NCBI GenBank assembly: GCA_000182565.2
Contig: KQ257468.1
DNA from: Spizellomyces punctatus DAOM BR117
Taxonomy: Eukaryota
Reading direction: 5' to 3' (one strand)
Length of the DNA: 64,000 nucleotides
Position 1 is the stretch's first letter. Every line of letters starts with the position of its first letter. This document shows, piece by piece, positions 62,401-64,000 of the stretch. The notes beneath the pieces were generated by a model, which had not been told where the DNA came from, did not search any database, and saw only the letters and a program-made list of their open reading frames with translations. The position numbers and the translations under genes were made by a program.

Positions 62401-64000
62401 ATAACTTCTGAGTTACGAAAGAGAGGTGGGACGGTTCCTGTGAGTCCTGTTCTGGGCGGGCCAGGGGAGCTCTGGACACTATGCTATTTCTTTATGGTCT
62501 TCTGGAAAGCAGTGCGGCGAAATGCATACGAGGAGATTTTAGTGGCTCTCGAAGCCATGAATCCGATGTTCCTGCCTGAACGCGATCAAGTTGCGGTAGC
62601 TCTGGAGATGATAACTACAAACAGTAATCTGGTTACAATCTTTGGGATGAACAGTTTGTCAATGGCGGGTGCGCTACATCCACTGCTGAGGAAGGTGGCG
62701 GAAAGGGAGAAAAACAAAAGCATCCCGCAGGTCATGGAAACACACAAGGATGTAGAGGAAGCGACCACGCTGCAAACGGCAGTTTTCGAACCTGACGATG
62801 AATCAGCCGAGTTGTCTACGGTAGCTTTCGGGAAGAGCATTCTGAATGCATACATATTTGTTTATCCCATACTACTGGACATCATACTGGTTGTAACACT
62901 GGGTTCAGGTATCTTTGCGAGCGACAGGATGAGCGTCGACGTCCAAGAAAGCGCAAGTCTTGTTCTTCTTGGTAAGGCACCATTATGCGCTATTTAACAC
63001 TCTTTTCTCACGCACGAAATCTTCCATCAAGTAATGTTTCCGATAGTCGGTGCCGTCATGAACTCGATCGGGCGAACGGTTACTTACTACTTCTATCAAC
63101 GAAGTATCCCTGTAATGATTGCCGCATTTTACCGTCGGCTTGCCGCTGCCTGCCTCCTATTCACGGTATTTGGCATCATGCTTGGAGGTATAACATACTA
63201 TCGAACGGATGACCTGATCCTTGCTGGACTTACCCTCGTCTACGCAATTTCCTTTGGGTGAGCATTTGTATTCTATTTCATTCTGACGACTGCTTGCTGA
63301 ATCTTCTTGAAACCAGACTATTTATGATACTCTTTTGTGTGCTCATCATAATGCGAGACCCAGAAGAGTACTTTTTTAAATCACAAGGGCCGGCAGCTGT
63401 CATGAAAATGCTCCCAATCTTAATCCCAAATGCCTTTATCTGCCGTTTTGTCTTGAACGCTACTATTAATCCTTACATAATTTGGTCCATGTATGTGGGT
63501 TCCCTCATACTTTCAACAATCTACATGACATACTCGTACACGCGTATAGCGGCAGCATACCTTCGGTGGCCAGATGCGATCCATATCACACCAAGGGAAA
63601 AGATACTGGAGGCTTACGGGAAGCATCACCCTCCGCCGGAGCTACAGGCAAAGGAAGACGTATACACTTTCGGGCGGCGAAGTCGCAGATGGGAGCGTTT
63701 TGCTACGGAGTGGTTCAGCTCACAAGCGGAAGAAGCTCTGCGTACTAGAAGCAGGAAAACCGAACCTCTTGTTCGTAAGCGGCTTTCTAGTTGGTTCTGG
63801 GAAAAGCTCTTGATGGGCTGGTATATTCCGCGATCAGGGATCAAGCCACCAAAGCCATTTTCAAGCGAATGGGATAGCGTGGTTAAGCAAGCGATTGCAG
63901 AGTTGAAGAAAAAGTATACCGTCGAAAAGATCAATCGCGGTGGAATCTTGTTTGACAATGAGCTACCTGCAATATGCTTTGGCTTTCTATATTTCTTTAC
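59421..64000 (+). CDS. Large multi-pass membrane protein, Gtb3-like (putative GAG polymerase, GT4), N-terminal part; runs off the window
   Basis: Multi-exon coding region of >4.5 kb. Segments FWKAVRRNAYEEI...NPMFLPERDQVAVALE and IFVYPILLDIILVVTLGSGIFASDRM...QESASLVLL...SIG...YYF recall the pre-TM and TM region of fungal Gtb3 proteins. Directly follows the Agd3-like gene. The GT4 domain is not seen in the window. Confidence 0.65.

Overview
Intron-rich eukaryotic genomic DNA, most likely from an early-diverging fungus (chytrid-like). This is inferred from the gene set (short-tailed myosin I, TPP2, TRAX, site-2 protease, ADHFE1) and the short GT-AG introns. Bases 1-~13.2 kb are a nested, rearranged pile of one Ty1/copia LTR retrotransposon family (~512-bp TG...TA LTRs, half-tRNA-iMet PBS, all copies defective and CpG-eroded) plus one unrelated hairpin-rich insert. 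The rest is gene-dense: a two-TM HAMP-like sensor with no output domain, a site-2 protease pseudogene, GPAT, VPS29, a free-standing His-Cys-box endonuclease, GPD1, a Pho80-family cyclin, myosin I, ADHFE1, an FGGY kinase, TRAX, SEC2, a small secreted Ig-like protein, TPP2 and an SH3/ricin-lectin protein. At the right end lie an Agd3-like polysaccharide deacetylase and, directly after it, a Gtb3-like large membrane protein. These look like the start of a galactosaminogalactan (GAG)/Pel-type exopolysaccharide cluster in a lineage where I do not know one to be characterised. All homology calls come from motif recognition by eye, with no searches run, and exon boundaries are approximate.
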